From the NCBI GenBank assembly GCA_001949185.1, contig BDGG01000002.1, forward strand, positions 7,492,448 to 7,556,294: a stretch of 63,847 nt of DNA, given 5' to 3'. The notes beneath the pieces were generated by a model. It had not been told where the DNA came from. It did not search any database and saw only the letters and a program-made list of their open reading frames with translations. Numbering within the stretch: the first letter of the stretch is position 1; every line of letters starts with the position of its first letter. Position numbers and translations under genes: made by a program. Positions 47,938 to 62,700 of this stretch are shown here, piece by piece. The stretch comes from Ramazzottius varieornatus. Taxonomy: Eukaryota > Animalia > Tardigrada.

Positions 47938-49145
47938 TTAACTCTCGTCCGACTCTGACTCGTTGCTAGCAAGCATCTTTGTGGACATGGCCGTTAAGAA
48001 GCTACTTCGCTTCTCGGGACTACGAGAAGAAGACGGAGGAAGAAGAGGAGAAAAAGCTCTTTCCTGAAGAGGCCGACCGCATTTCCTGGATGACAGTTTC
48101 GCGGTGGTGTTGAGTTTAGTGGGCGATGGAGTGAGGTTCCGGGACGGCGTTCTGGAACGCTTGTCGTGGTAGGAGTTTGACCGCACGGAAGATGCTCGCT
48201 GTCTCTTTGGGTATCTGTTTCCATTGGTGTTGCTGGAGGAGGGGAGGGCAACTTCGACAGTCCGCTTCGCAGTTCTTTCCACGTACCCAATAGGCTCTTT
48301 CGCGCTACAGACCGTCCTAAATAAACGGAAAACGTGAAAAATTTACCCGGGAGACATTTGGACGAAAGAGTAAAACTGGGAGCTCAACAAAACAGTAGTT
48401 TGGTTTCCAAGTGGCGCACGTTTCCTGTGTTATAGCTATGAACGTGCGCCACTTAGGGAAAGAGCCTTGTCGAGCTTCTTTTAGCGAGCTCTTATTTAGT
48501 AGAATACTGTAGTTTACCTTAGGTGGTCAACAATTTTTGTTAGCTCTTTAATCTGTAATTCCTGCTTCGCTACTTTCGTTTTCAGCTCTGTAAAACGGCA
48601 TGCAACGGAGAACTATCAGCACATATACAACCACGCACAACGAAAACCATTCCTCCACCGGGAAATGCACGGTAGAAACTGTGAACGGTTAATGCGGTTT
48701 ATAGGTGAGGCTCTTACCGGCCAGTTCCGACGCTAAATCGTCAATCGTACATGCAGACGAGTCGTTCGATGGCGGAGTTCCATCTTTTCGCACTGTCCAC
48801 TTGTGTTTCGATTTGTCTTGTCCATCTTTAAAACATTTCAACTTTAGCGGTAAGCCTGAGTTACCCCTCACCCTGCTCTTGTTGTTGCAGCAGGTGATTG
48901 TAAGCTGAAAGAAAAAGCGCGCGAGTTAATCAAATGAACAATGAATGAAACTGACAACTGACGTCCAGTAAACGAGACAACCCCATGATCATACCTCGAC
49001 AGACTTTCTTGTGGGTGCTGAACACTTCATAGAGTTGTGCTTTCATCTCTCGAGACATGACTTTGATGCTGCTGCTGATAGAGATCACTCCATCTTTATC
49101 CCTTTCCACGCTTGCTGCGGCTGTGCCAACGGACGCGTTTGACAT
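47938..49145 (-). CDS. Hypothetical protein with coiled coil and Ser/Arg-rich disordered C-terminus, ~4 exons
   Basis: ORFs 48930, 48689, ~48518-48588 (ELKTKVAKQELQIKELTKIV) and 47938 can be linked by GT-AG introns. Confidence 0.5.
48405..48460. repeat. Intronic palindromic element, copy 6 (core 48409-48454)
   Basis: AAGTGGCGCACGTT...AACGTGCGCCACTT with 24 nt between the 11-bp arms; in predicted intron ~48318-48517. Confidence 0.8.
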
Positions 49146-49856
49146 GACGGCAATCGTAGGTCCTGGAGAGCATAAAGCGTTAGTGCTCTTACACGTGGTC
49201 TGGCGCTGGTTTTCAACGTAATAGATGTTGCGCTTACCGAACCAGCAGCAGGATTGCCCCTCTGCGACGGCAGAGTTACTGCAGGGAATGAATAAATGAA
49301 TTCAGGTTCAATGGATGGAGAGATGGACACAGAAGAAGCAACTCCTTCTCGCGGGCTTGCAGATGACCCGAAGCTTGCACTGTACCAAATCTCCCGTTTC
49401 GGAAGCTCTCCGATCCTTCCAGACTGGAACGTCTGAACTTGGACAAACGGAAGGATGAGAAGACCGCAGACCGAAGCTATGCGGAACTTGACGGGAACAA
49501 ATTTGACCGAAGTTTTACTGTATACTCTCCCGAAATTCACGTACGTCACTCCATTCAGAGTGCAAAACTAGAGAAAGAGTTCTCATACGGTGACCATAAC
49601 AGTCTGAATCAGTGACGTATGTGAATTTCAGGAGAGCATACAGTATACATTCCTTCCGGCACAATAAGTTGTCATAGACGTGTTAACAATCGGCACAGTT
49701 TTTATCGCAAACTCTGTTATGATACTTTGACAATTATTTTGGTTTTTTCTGCAGTTTCTCTGATCCAGTTTTTGCTGGACCGCGCGCGAAGTCACCGAAC
49801 CATCTCATGCCCGTTTACCTGTGTGCATTTACAGGTTGGATGCACCGATCGATAAG

Positions 49857-52800
49857 ATGAGGATGCTTCGAAGGTATCTTGTGAGACAGCGAATTCCTAC
49901 CATTCCGAACTTGGTACGTGTATCGTCGCGACATGCTTCAGCTTCCGCCGGAAGTGCCCCACGCGAAGCAGCCGTGTCCTCAGACAGCATCAAGCCTGCA
50001 CATAGGGAGCCACGGATAGAGAATGCAGGGACCAAGAAGGACACTTATATGAAGACTTACCTGCGGTCGCTCACTCGCCCGGAAGAATTTTGGGACGAAG
50101 CAGCATCGAAAATCGTGTGGCATACCAAGTATCAACAGGTGGTCGACAGATCGGATCCCATCACGGCCAAATGGTGCGTCCCACTCTAACGTTTAGAGAA
50201 GATGTGGGTACGGGTACGGCGCGCTAACATTGTCAATTGCTAACTAACCACCTGTTTTCTTTCCTTGTCCATTTGCCACAGAGTTGTTGGTTATGATCAA
50301 CAGGTTTGTTGGAGGGAAGCTCAGTGTTTGCTACAACGCACTGGACAGACACTGCGACGACGGGCATGGTGATCAGGTTGCGTTCATCCATGACAGTCCT
50401 GTTACGAAGTCTGTTACATCATTGACTTTCAACGAACTGCTAAAACAAGTATGAAGGCAAAAATGTGGATGATGTTGTTTTACCGATCGTTGAGCATCAA
50501 GTCTTTCTCCTTTGACCGTTAGGTACTGAGTCTTCTTCCTTTCAGGTTACGTATTTTGCTGGGTTCTTGCGGTCCCTTGGCGTCAAAGAAAGGCATCGCA
50601 TAATCATCTACATGCCTATGATTCCCGAAGCTGTTGTAGCGATGCTGGCTTGCGCTCGTATTGGAGCGATTCACTCCGTCGTATTCGGCGGCTTCTCCGC
50701 CAAGGAACTAAGCATCAGAATTTCGCATGCAAAGGTACGAACCTTTCTGATCTAGCTTACCTCGAGAGTCTGGGCTGAAAGATTGTAACCGTTCTTTGTT
50801 TGTAATAGGCGTATGCAGTGGTCTGCGGATCGTGCGGTATTGAGAGGCAGCGCCCAGTGGACTACAAGGAAATCGTGGACGACGCGATCGAGATGTGCTC
50901 ACATAAGCCGAAATGCACGATTGTCTATCAGCGACCAAACCTGGTAAGATATGGTCGTTGGGCTGTCAGTGTTTTGGCGCTCGGGTACGTATGTTCTAAC
51001 TAGAAGGGGTACTAATTTTGGAGTAATGAAGTCACGTTGGATGTTATAGACGACGCCTCATATGAAGCTAGGCCATGATGTGGACTGGAACGAGGGTCTC
51101 GCCATGGGAAAGTCAGCAGGCTGTGTTCCGGTGGACGCTAACGATCCGCTGTATATACTTTACACTAGCGGGACCACTGGAAGCCCGAAGGTATCTTAAT
51201 TTACAGTACCTCCAGTATGCACTGCATATTGCCTTATACAGTGTTAACCAGTCTCTCGCTTTATTTCTTGAACTAATGTGTACTAATGTGGTTTTGGCTT
51301 ATAGGCCATAGTCCGTCCAACAGGCTCTGCTGTGGTGTTGCATTGGACCATGAATAACGTTCTGGGACTGAACCCGGAAGACGTGTGGTGGGCAGCTAGC
51401 GACTTTGGATGGGTCGTCGGACATTCCTTCATCTGTTACGGACCTCTTCTACACCGCAATACGTCTGTCATATACGAAGTACCAATTAGTTACCGTGGTC
51501 GGGCACGATGTTGTCTTCTGTTTTCTGAATCGCAACCTGCGGTTACGTAGAATTTCTTGTAGGGTAAGCCAACTGGAACACCAGACGCTGGGTCCTTCTT
51601 CCGGCTGATAGAGCAACACCATATCAAGTCATTTTTCACCGCACCCACATCTCTGCGTTCGATGGCGGCAGAGGTACGAAGATTTGTTTATTTTAAGTCG
51701 TATGGCATAACTGTTATTGTGCAGGATCCAGATGTTCATTCCGGTCATCGCTACAATCTGGAAAGTTTGAGCCATATGTTTGTGGCTGGTGAACACTGCG
51801 ATTCCGAAACGAAACAATGGGCTCACAAGGCCTTTGGCGGAGTTCCGGTCTTGGACCAATGGTGGCAAACGGGTACGAGACACCGCGTGAAAGCTTCGTG
51901 TATTAGGGCAGGAATGCAATTCGAATTTGTTTCTGTTTGCAGAAACGGGTTGGCCCATGACTTCCACTTGTGTGGGCTTAGGGTCGCCGATGGACCCGCC
52001 AGCGCAGTCTTCTGGACATGCCGTACCTGGATGGGACGGTAACACTTGCACTTCCATATTAACCTTAACGCAAGAACTCAAAAGTACGATCACTGATTTA
52101 CTACATATTGCATTTTTTCTTGTACCGTAGTCAGGATAGTCGATACGGACAGCGGGAAGCCACTCAAGCCAACGGAACTAGGAAGGATTGTGGTCAAGTA
52201 ATTGCCCTTAGCCTTGTGACATCACTGCAGCACACAGTCTCACTTGGCTTTCGTAAATGTGAAGGAAGACGTGATTCTTTTCTAGGCTACCGTTACCACC
52301 CGGAAATTTTATCGGTCTATGGGAAGATGACGGAAAGTACAGGGAAACATACTTTGAAAAGTATCCCGTAAGTCTAATGGGCTGCTTGCAATATTTCTTT
52401 ACTAATTCAACTCCTCGAGACTGATGCTATCTCAAAGGGGTATTACGACACGATGGACGCCGGTACTATTGATGCCGATGGTTACGTATCGGTTCTTTCC
52501 AGGATGGACGGTAAGTTTCCTTATCCAGTTCCCACTTGTTTTTATCTTGTCTACCTCCTTCATACGCGCTTCTTCGGTGCTCCAGTCATTAATGTATTAT
52601 AGATGTCATAAACGTGTCAGGATGTCGCATATCTACATCGGCTCTCGAAGAGGCAAGAGCACCCTTCGACTCGTCTCTAGCGATGTCATGCAGCCGATAG
52701 TCTACTGTGGCTTCAAATCGTCTTATACTTAATAGGCAGTTCTCCGCCATCCAGAGGTCGTAGACTGCGCTGTGGTCGGTGTGAAGGACAAGCTGAAAGG

Positions 52801-53334
52801 ACAGATCCCCATTGGCATCGTTGTTTTGAGAAAAGGTGGGGCTTTCTTGGCCTTTACGTACCTCTTAAAGCGCTCTGCAATCACTAGTTTTCTACACTGC
52901 ACTGTATGTTACGCTTTCTGATGTAGAACCCAACCGAAAATCGAAAGACATCATATCGGAGATTGTCACTTCGGTTCGAGATGACATCGGGCCTATCGCC
53001 GCATTCAAGAAGGTCTGCATAGTACCAAAGCTCCCGAAGACCAGGTCCGGAAAGATACCCCGGTCCAGTATCGTTCAGATGGCGGAGAACAAAGAAGTCC
53101 AGGTATTCTTTCTCTGTGAGGTGATAGAGGTAATATAGAGAGCCAGCACGGAGAGCTATCAGACGCGCATTTGGGTCTTGGAAAATCGGCGTGACTAGAA
53201 ATGAGTGCACCAGTTCAGTGTTTAATTTACTTTAGATTCCAAGCACCATCGAGGACGCAGATGTTTATCCCGAGATCAAGAAGGCTTTACAGAGCATAGG
53301 ATATGCGACAGAAGGGAAATCTGACGCCACCTAG
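49857..53334 (+). CDS. ACSS3: Acyl-CoA synthetase short-chain family member 3 (mitochondrial acetate/propionate-CoA ligase), many exons
   Basis: Presequence; [108 protein letters not shown]. Confidence 0.93.
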
Positions 53335-56300
53335 AAGATGACACAGAAGCGAACAAGACTAATCCATGACGACGAGCAATTTGCCGGTTAGTCACCATTA
53401 TTCTTCATGTAGTCTTCTTCGACACATTTTTGCCTCGGTAAGTCAATTCTGCATTTCATGCCAAATTTATCAGTATTTTTAATTCGATTTTCTACCCGTT
53501 CTTTGATTTTATTTTCACATTATAAAAAGTTGAATATATGTGAAACGCGTAACTTGGCACAGAACGGTCTTCTGGTTGCACCAGACCACGATCGTGACCA
53601 GACCAAAATGGAGAGCCTACTCATTTTGACCCGCTAGATGGCAAATGAAAGATGAGAGACAATAAAGGTGTCAGCTGGCCTCTCTCTGGGAGAGAAGCAA
53701 GCCAGGATTAACAGTGGAAGTGGAACAATACAGGACAATTAATTAATGGGGCATGATATCTGCCGCAGCTGTCTGTAGTTGAAGGGGCGCTGATTAGTTC
53801 ATTACGTAAATGAGTGGATATCCCGGTAAAACAATCCACACCGGACATTCACCCTCTGACCCTCTGAACTTTGAACTTTAGGAAGTAAGAACAGATGATG
53901 GAAGAACAATTAGAGAGGAAGAAGATTACTTCTCCCCTGGTGGAAACCGAGCGGTCATTTTATATATGGAACGCAGCAAACGCAACGACGCAATATCGCT
54001 GATTGGAAAGTAAGAATAAAGCCTCTTTCTGACTAGTTGAGATTCTGAAGAGTACTTTGGGATGTTTGGGCGGCACTCTTCTAGTTCTATGATGTCGGTG
54101 GTTGGGGGGAGTGCTTTGATTAAATTGAGCCAATTTCCTAATATAAATATAGACAGAGAGGCAAAGGTTCGCTGCGCAATCGTGACTTTGCTGGTCTGTC
54201 ATTTATTTGCTAATCTGCAAGCAATTTTTCTCGTAGAGTATCTTCTAGTCGCCCACACTCTCAAGAAGCTAAAGACTGATGAGCAATGAAGACAAAGCTG
54301 GGCTTTTAAGAAACGCTGAGGTCTTTTCTGACGGCTGCTGGTGCTGCTGCATGTTAATTAATTCTGATAGCGTCCAGATGGCGCACACCAGTCATCGAAG
54401 GCTGTGTAAACGCTGACGGATTTTTAAACTGCAATTGACAGACCGAGGCTGAGAAGAGTAGGCAGAGCAGAGCTAGCAGCGGGAGGATGAAGGGATAGGA
54501 CAGAAGGAGGAAGGAAAGATGCAACTGATGCAAGGCTCGAATTGATCGCTCGAGTTTTATGCTAGCGGCAGCTTGAGCGGCTGTCCATACTGAAGCTGCT
54601 GCAGTAGTGAGTCAGCTACCATCCATTCCTCAATGAGCTTTTGCACGCATACAACTGCCGCATCGTCTATTTTTGCTCCCGTAAATAATGGCTTTTTCAC
54701 AGACGAATGTCAGTGGAGCATGCACGAATAGCTGGCACTTGTGAGGGAACATTCGCATGCACACACTGCCAGCATGGTAAGTGTGGATTACGTTATGGAA
54801 GGAAGGAACGAGTGCTTTTTCTCCACCGGTTCATTCCGCATACTAGTCTACAGTTTACACCGACACAAACCCGCGACATGTGTTTGTGAAATGCGAAACC
54901 TTGTCCTCTGCACAGCAGCACTCTTCCGCATTCAGGGTTTACTTTCCCAGACTTGCTCACATTTAAAAGCAATAGAAGCCATCGAAAATGTAGACAACAC
55001 AAAATAAAATTCTAAATCGTTAAATCTGAACAGTTTACGGTCCTGCTCTGATTGATGCCATGTATGGCTCACGAAGATCAGAAGCGATTTCAATAGTCAT
55101 CCTTGCCGTACCAAGCATACCCCGACAAGGTTGGACCGTCTACCTAATCTGGACGTCTTTTCGCAGGACCTTGAAAAACCGAAAGGACCAGGAAAGGTCG
55201 TGAAACCCTCAAGGACTTCGGAGGACCACGAAGGGATCCCTGATGCATACGGCGCCCTCAACGAACTAAAAGAATGGTTTGCCGAGCCTGGTTAGCTCTC
55301 ACGTCAACGCAGAAAAGATTGAGACTCTGGTACGATAATAGGATGGTAAAATGTACGAAGGAAGATTGGTTAAAAGAGCTTGATGTGAAACTCTTCGGAC
55401 AAGCTTGATGGCAGAAGAGACGGATCATTGTCGAGCTCGGTGTTATATAATCCATGCGGCTAAAAGTTTCTGCTTCCTTGATGGAGGTTTTAGCTTTTAC
55501 TCCTTTATGCTTTTGTTGCATTGATTTCGGGCAATGCGTGCTTCGGGAATAGGGAAAAGCAATACAATCATCCAGAGTAGAGCTTTTGTGCCGTTGAGGA
55601 AATGTCCTGAAAGCTATCTGCCAGCCGGGGGGACATCTGCCTTCCTCGGCCACGCAGCTTTCACAAAGGAATAACTGTGCCATTTCATCTGGACCATTGT
55701 AGTGTAATCTTCCGATATGCTTCGATGAAGCGAAAAGAGAGCCTCGAAACTGCAGTTGGAATAATTTAAATTTCGAATTTCGATGGCATCAGCAATGCAC
55801 TCTCCCAGGAGAGAACGCCCAGCAGAAAGCACGATTGGTCGTTTAGTCCAGATGTAACTGGTAGGCAGTGAAGTTCAGATTTCAAGCAACGACGACAGAA
55901 TAAGTTCATTTGTGCCCCCTACCGCCAACCATGAGAGTCACGGGAGGTTGGCTTACTCACTTCCGCTGTTCCCGTATGTGCGATTACCGACTGACAGCAA
56001 AATGGGCTTAGGCCGAGACCGGTGGTGCTATTGGTTGAAGCTGTGCAGTTCTGCGCAGGGTTTACCGAGCTTCGACAGGATACTGCATGCGCAGCCATAT
56101 TGCGCCGCCTGGTTTGTCGCTCAGTACTCGAAAAATCACGTGGAAGGTTCATTTTGCCGCCCTGAAAGTCTGCTGCGATAAATGGCCAGAAATGCAATGG
56201 TTGTTCAGTATCGTGCTAGTCCTTGTGCAAATGTTACAGAAGTCCCTTTTTCTCTTCCTTTTTCTGACTGGGTGTTGGGTTCAGTGTTAGTGCCGTCGCT

Positions 56301-56735
56301 TGATAGTCTGGATCGTTCGTAGTTTGCTCGCGCACGTTGGTGGCTTTGTTGTAATACAGTCGGTGCTGCTTTCTCCTCCACACTTACAAAAACATAATCT
56401 GCTGCAGTGTTTTTCTGAACTCTCATCACGGACGCACAGTGTCTCCAGTGTTTCATCATCCTCGTCTTCCAGCCACCGTCGCGGATCATTTCCTGTCCCC
56501 TTTTATCCCGTCACGTCGTTGGATCAAGTCATACTCCTGCGTCACGTGATTACAACCACCGACGTTTCTAATTATACCCCGTTCACTTCGCGCATTCGTC
56601 GTTTCCGATCATTCCAGCCTTCTGACCCGCAACGGCGCAATCTGTAACAGACTTAACATTTTTGTGGACTGGGCTGTTATCCCTTGACGTCTCCGTGTTT
56701 CTGTTCTTCTACCACATTTTTCCTCCACTGAAAGA

Positions 56736-59700
56736 ATGTCATCGCCGGTCATAACGACGAACGGCCTGGACGCCACCGGTAACACTTCGTCTTCTTCCAA
56801 TAACCAGAATGCTCAAAGCAGCTCCGCATCGGGATCTTCCTCTCCAGGACCAGCCAGCTCTCATCTCAACAGTAACGGCAATTCACCTAGTCAAGGGGAA
56901 CAGATGAACGGTGCGGCCAACCAGAAGCTCAACGCGAACGGCATCGTCTACCTCAATAAGGACACCGATGCCGTCAAATTATTCGTTGGGCAAATACCCC
57001 GCAACCTCTATGAAAAGGATCTCAAGCCTCTTTTTGAACAATATGGCAAAATCCACGAGCTCATCGTCCTCAAAGATAAATACAGCGGAATGCACAAAGG
57101 TGAGCAATTTAGGTTCGCGTTGAGTAATTCCCTTTTCCTGACAAACGCCGACTTCCGTCGCTTCTACGTCGACTCACGAACCTGTCCGAAGGTTTCAATC
57201 ACCCCCGTTAAGCTCGTGGCAAGGTCTCGAGTTTTATAGGATTATTTGACAGGCACAACATGGGTTATGGAATTAAACTGGAATATTATTTTCATATAAT
57301 CGAAGTTAGTTGATTGGCGTTTGTTGATTGGTTATGTCCAAAAAATTAGAGTTTCCCCAAAATAGAAATTGTTTAATTTGTGTTCTTCACGGTTGGATGG
57401 CGAGGATGGAAATATCTGGTGTGGGGGTCTTGTTTCTTGTCGTTCTCACAGGCTCCGTAACGGCGGAAAATATGAGCGATAGGAGTTTGGACACGTCGGA
57501 TTTGAAATTACATGTAACGCTTGGCTGCTCTTTGCCTCGAAATATTTCAGGCTGTTCTGACCGGTTTACGACATTTCCGTCGGATAAAGAAAGAAGCAGG
57601 CGAGTCGACACTACGGCACCGTTGCGAGCGCACACATACCGAGCGAGGATTGTCTGGTAACTCTGGTCGATTGTGCAATAGCACAAGTTTGCCGGTATAA
57701 CATGTGAAGTGCGTGAAAGTTTAAAAGCCGGAGAAAGGCTTTCTTGACGTCCTTAACAGCGCGTCGATCAATTCATAAGGAAACTTATAGCGCACGTGAA
57801 CGCAGCCACACTTGCAATGATTTATCAAGTCTAAAGTTCAACTTCTCTTGTAGGTTACCTTACGAAGTCAAATTGTAACAAGCTACAGTGTGAACTCACC
57901 TCAGGACTTCCGAAATCAGAAAGGCCGATCGGAAGTCTTAGGCAGATAAGACAATGTTGTGTCTAGTCCTTGACTTCCTGAACGAAGTTTGTTTTCGTTT
58001 GCACGTTACGCTACTGGTGAACCCTCTGTCGCGCAGGACGAGCGGCCAGCGTGCGATGAAATGCGCAAGCGAAACGGAGCAGCGACCTTTTAGTATGCAC
58101 GACTGAAGCGAGGCAGCGAACCTCTCTGTTGTTGAACGTTCTCGAAGCATTGCAGGTGCGCGTTTTGAATATCTCGCTTTCTGCATTCTAGAAAGGCTTT
58201 CTAGCTGTGTCTGTAATAGACCGGAGGGAAGAAAGTCTAAAGATGGGTTCGGTTTTCGAGGAAGAAAAGTTGTCGGATGCGGGGACAGACAAGGAGCGCG
58301 TAATTTATTTGGCGTAAAGTTGAGATATCGGAAACGAGTGCAAGCACGCAAGCTGGATTTGTGAAAGTGTTTCCGATGTAATGACATGCTTTTCTTGACA
58401 GGCCAAGGAAGAGAAATTTATAGCGAGACGTTCACGAAGGACGCCAGACGTTGTTCCTGGAAAAGTGGAAGGTGACAGACAGTTTGAGTAGAACAGAGTG
58501 ACCATCAAAGTAGGAAGGGGACCGAAGACGATCAGCTGTTCACGGTAAAATTAATATTCTATCCGAATCTATCGGGACAGAGTACGGAAAAGGAGGAGAG
58601 AGTTGACCTAGAAAATTGAAGGAACGTTGTTTACCAGCGCGAGAAAGAGTTTAGAAAGCGAACTGAGCTCCCATAGTGGCCATCTGTCTAGTGCTGATGC
58701 TGACCAGTCCACTCTGTCCTTCCTTCATTCCGTACTCTTTGTCTCCATAGACAAGTATTGACCCGCAGCCAGCGCAATGCCGGCTTTAAAACTGTCCAGA
58801 CTGACGTGAAATCATCTGGTATGGTGATGGAAAGAATGGTCGGGAAAGCTGCTTGAAAGATCAGCAGGCAGTTGCCAAATATCGCCTTTCTCTGCGGTAA
58901 TATTTTAGGGATTAAAGCATGGTCGGTTCACGCAGACTTCTTACAACGGGACTTCGTTCCCACCTGTCAAGCTCAAATTCAGGATGACAAAGGCCATATT
59001 ATACCCAAAAAAATTCGGACAGAGGAAACCGACGAACGGCTTCAGAGTATGCGAGCTGATCGGGCATTCGTAGTGCGTGAACTAATCGGGGTTTCGCATG
59101 TGAAACTTTAGCAAGCTGAGAGAAAGGTTCTCGAAGTTTGCGAGTTTCTGGCATTTTATTATTCAGGAAGTATATTGGGTTATAGGGCAGAAGAAAATCG
59201 GGAAGAACCGAGGAAGAATCGATATGGTGAGGTAATACTCTATCGATGAGCTGTAATTTTTGTCCTTTTCTCTTGACATTGGTTTTGTTCATTTTTTGCG
59301 TGTTTATCTAGGCGTAGTGTGTTCGCAGTTCGCACTGAAGGCTGGATGTGGAGTAGAGCTTGGAAGGGATATGGCACGATTCCTGTTTGATCGACAAGGG
59401 ACCTAGTCAGTTTTCGGTCCAGGGTAGCCAGAGCCTAGCGAGAGATCGTAATGGATGTATCGATTGTCCATGCAGGAACGATCAGCATGAAGTGCTGGCC
59501 AACTTTCGCTCCACAAACCCTCTCTTTATCTTCTTCCTGCTAGCCCAAATTAGTTGATTGCTTTGAGAGCTCGAGAGCTCTCGCGGTCCTTCTGGCTTTC
59601 GTCTCTGTGAGAGGCAACTCTTCGGCTGTTTATTTGGCTTCCCTTCCAAAGACATAAACAAACTTACGTAAAAATAAACTAAGGAAAACAATAAAGACTA

Positions 59701-62700
59701 CTACTTCTGAACAACTCAGAATGAAGTCGGGTGAAATTCTAGGCGCGTTTGTTTTAGTTCTAATTTTCTTTCTAGAATTTTTAGAGTTTTGCTGATAGGA
59801 ATGGTTTTTTGATGGTGACGGGCAAAGGTTCAGTACAGTCCAAACGTATAGTATTTGGATAGGGAATGAAATGATGCATTGAAATGGGGTGAGTCGACGG
59901 AGAAGGAAATTGGAAAGGATTATTATTCATCCGTTCACTTTCACACAAGTCCTGCATATTGTACTCGTAATGTATTGTTAACTTTGATGATTTTAATGCC
60001 CCCTATTTTGCAGGCTGTGCATTCCTGACCTACTGCGATCGGGAAAGTGCCATTCGAGCCTGCAACGAACTTCATCAGCAGAAGACTCTTCCTGGGGTAA
60101 GTACGGGTTGTGATGAGTGTGATCACATTCGCGTCCCTCAATGACTTCCTGCACTGCTGTCATTTCCATCTTTGACATCCCACAGTTGAAAGATGTGAAA
60201 TGGCCGGTTCTGTTATGGTAAAACTTAATGAACGTGCCATCCTGTTTGGACATCCTCGTGATGAGCAGCAGATAGCGTCCGAAAGAATGATCGTCTAATG
60301 CCAGCCGAACCCGAAGTACGGTTCGCATCATGGTCAGCCATGTTGTGTTCATGCCAGGTCGTGAAGTGTTAGGATATAACGGGCCGAAATGAGGAGACAG
60401 CGGGTGGAATCCAAGTTTTCCCCCACTTTTTGCGATATAATAAATCAACCGCGATGACGTCACTGCGAACTCTATGATAACCTCCGAAAGGTACTCCGTC
60501 AGACATCTCCAGAACTGATGTTTAGCGAGGTGGTCCTGGACAATTTCTGCGACGGTAGTGTGGGTGTTTTGGAGGGCACAATGGATGGCTGAGGAATCTT
60601 TCGTCAGGATTATACAGACATTTCGGTCGCGACTAACAGTGTCATTACTGCGAGCTGGAAAGTTTGAACTGGCGCTGTAGGTTAAACTATTTTAATGACA
60701 GATGATTCCGCCGTGAGACGAAGGAGCTCTTTGCGTAAATGATGGAGCACAGATGTTGTTGGGCGATTTCAAGTGCGTGAGTTCATGATTGTGTTTGCTC
60801 GACGAGCAATTCTGGCATCATCAAGAGATGCTGGAGAATGCGCAAAAGAATTCGTGGGTGGCGACAAATTTGTTCCTTCGCCGTAAATCAACTTGCTCCG
60901 CCAGCTCCTCGGCTTCTTGGCAGCATACCGTTCGCTTCATCGTCCTTCTTTTCAGCCAAGCAAAAAGGCTCGTGAAATGAAACGAGTCTGTAATGATCAA
61001 ACTGTATCTCCTGAGGAGCTAGTTGATTAAACTGCGAGCTTCGTCTTGTCTTTTTTCAGCAGCCGTGTGGTATGAAAAGGGGAATTCCCGTCACAAAAAG
61101 TTGACTATCGAATTAACTTCCCTGTAGGAGCAAGAAGATAATCGATGGAGTCTTCAGACTTGGGAGGATTTCGAGCAGAACATGACGCCTCCGGCTCGGA
61201 CGATCTTGCATCGGTCACCGTCAAGGGTTTTTCTCTCCCCGTTCCGAAGGTTAATCCATCTGAACCTCCCTTCTTCGGCGTAGTAGAGAAAAGGCTTACT
61301 TTATACTTTTTGCTTTTTATGTAGATTGTTTTCGTTGGTCTAAATTCGGATTTTGTTTTAGCTTGAGGTTTTAGTGATGCATTGGACTGTCTAGCTCAGG
61401 CTCTTGAATGGCAAGAAAGGCATTAGCGTTCGAGATCAGTGTGGTGTAATAAGGAACTTGAGCTTGGCTTTATGGAAATTGCGCCCTGGATAGAAGGGAC
61501 AGGAAGTAGCGCTATAAACGCGGTCGGGCTACAAATGCATCTCCGGTGAGTCCTTCAGGGGAACGCGGTTGAGCGATCTGCGCGCGGACAGACGGTGGGC
61601 ATTGTGAACATGTCAACAATGACATTGATCGAAAGTAAACCAACTGGAATGGACATGCAGCGGGCAAAGAGTGGTGACGAAAAGGGGAAGACGGATGGTA
61701 GTGACGAAAATGTGAACAGAAGCTTGAGATGGATGGGCATGCGAACGAGCGAGCGGTCTTTCATAAAGAAATACTGGCAAGAAGAAGGTTATGAATTATG
61801 CAAGCTTGCATAATCAGTCCGAGAAGTACCTTGGTGGGTTATTCATCCATAAACCACCTGAATATCAGTAAGCATTCTTGAGGTTGCTCAGTCCTGGGCG
61901 GAAACCCAAGTTTTTCTGTGTTGCCTGAAACGCCGGCAGATGAGTTCAATCAGACTGGTTTTTTCCCACCGGCGCACGCTCTCATTCAGTAACAATGAAA
62001 ACGTGCGCCACTTGGGAACTATCCGAGGCACATTTTCTTTGTCGAGATCGCACTTACAGTTTTTTTGTGAAGGGAGTTCAGAAGCGTGACCTGCGTCGTG
62101 TATAGCTTTTGCAAGTTTGTTCGCCGCTTTGGACAGATTTCTTTGTCGGGGTTGAAACCTGAGAACCGGAAATATTAACACAAGGGAAACGAAGGTCGGG
62201 AACGCCGACACGTTTTTCATGAATAAATGAATAGCTTCAATGGTGGCTGCGTGGTAAACTGTCTATAATCATGTCTCATCAGTGGAAGAGTTGTGTTTAG
62301 TGTGGGAGCAAGATGATAGAAAGAGATATAGCGTGGCTGGAGGGTACATAAGAACAAGAGCTCGTCGTTTCATCCATGCCTATTTCTCCCAAAGCTGGCC
62401 CCGTTTCCTTGTCCTCCCCGCAGCGCACCATATTGTTCTGTCGGCGTGTTCTCCATGACGGATCTGAGCAGCGGGGATGTATGGCTTTGATGGCGGGAAT
62501 GTTCGAGGATTATTTAGGCTGGCCATCGATTGGCCGAGACGATTAAGCAGATTGAAGTCATTTGATTGCTGTCGTTGCTCGTCAAGTCCGGCCGAAACGT
62601 TGTTCGATGAAAGTAGAACCTTGGGAGAAGCCTTGTTATCATCACACAGCTTATGGCAATAGAATGTCAGTCAGTTTGAAATAGTCAGGGAATTAAATCC

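Noticed and set aside
54374-54390. GATGGCGCAC half-site as an eighth palindrome copy
   Set aside because: No complementary arm 25 nt away.
55105-55253. Possible small MITE (gccgta...tacggc ends with GGAC repeats)
   Set aside because: Terminal complementarity is too short to support.
53960-62700. Many 60-160 aa ORFs upstream of and within CELF introns
   Set aside because: Non-coding-like composition, many non-ATG starts and no motifs; treated as spurious.
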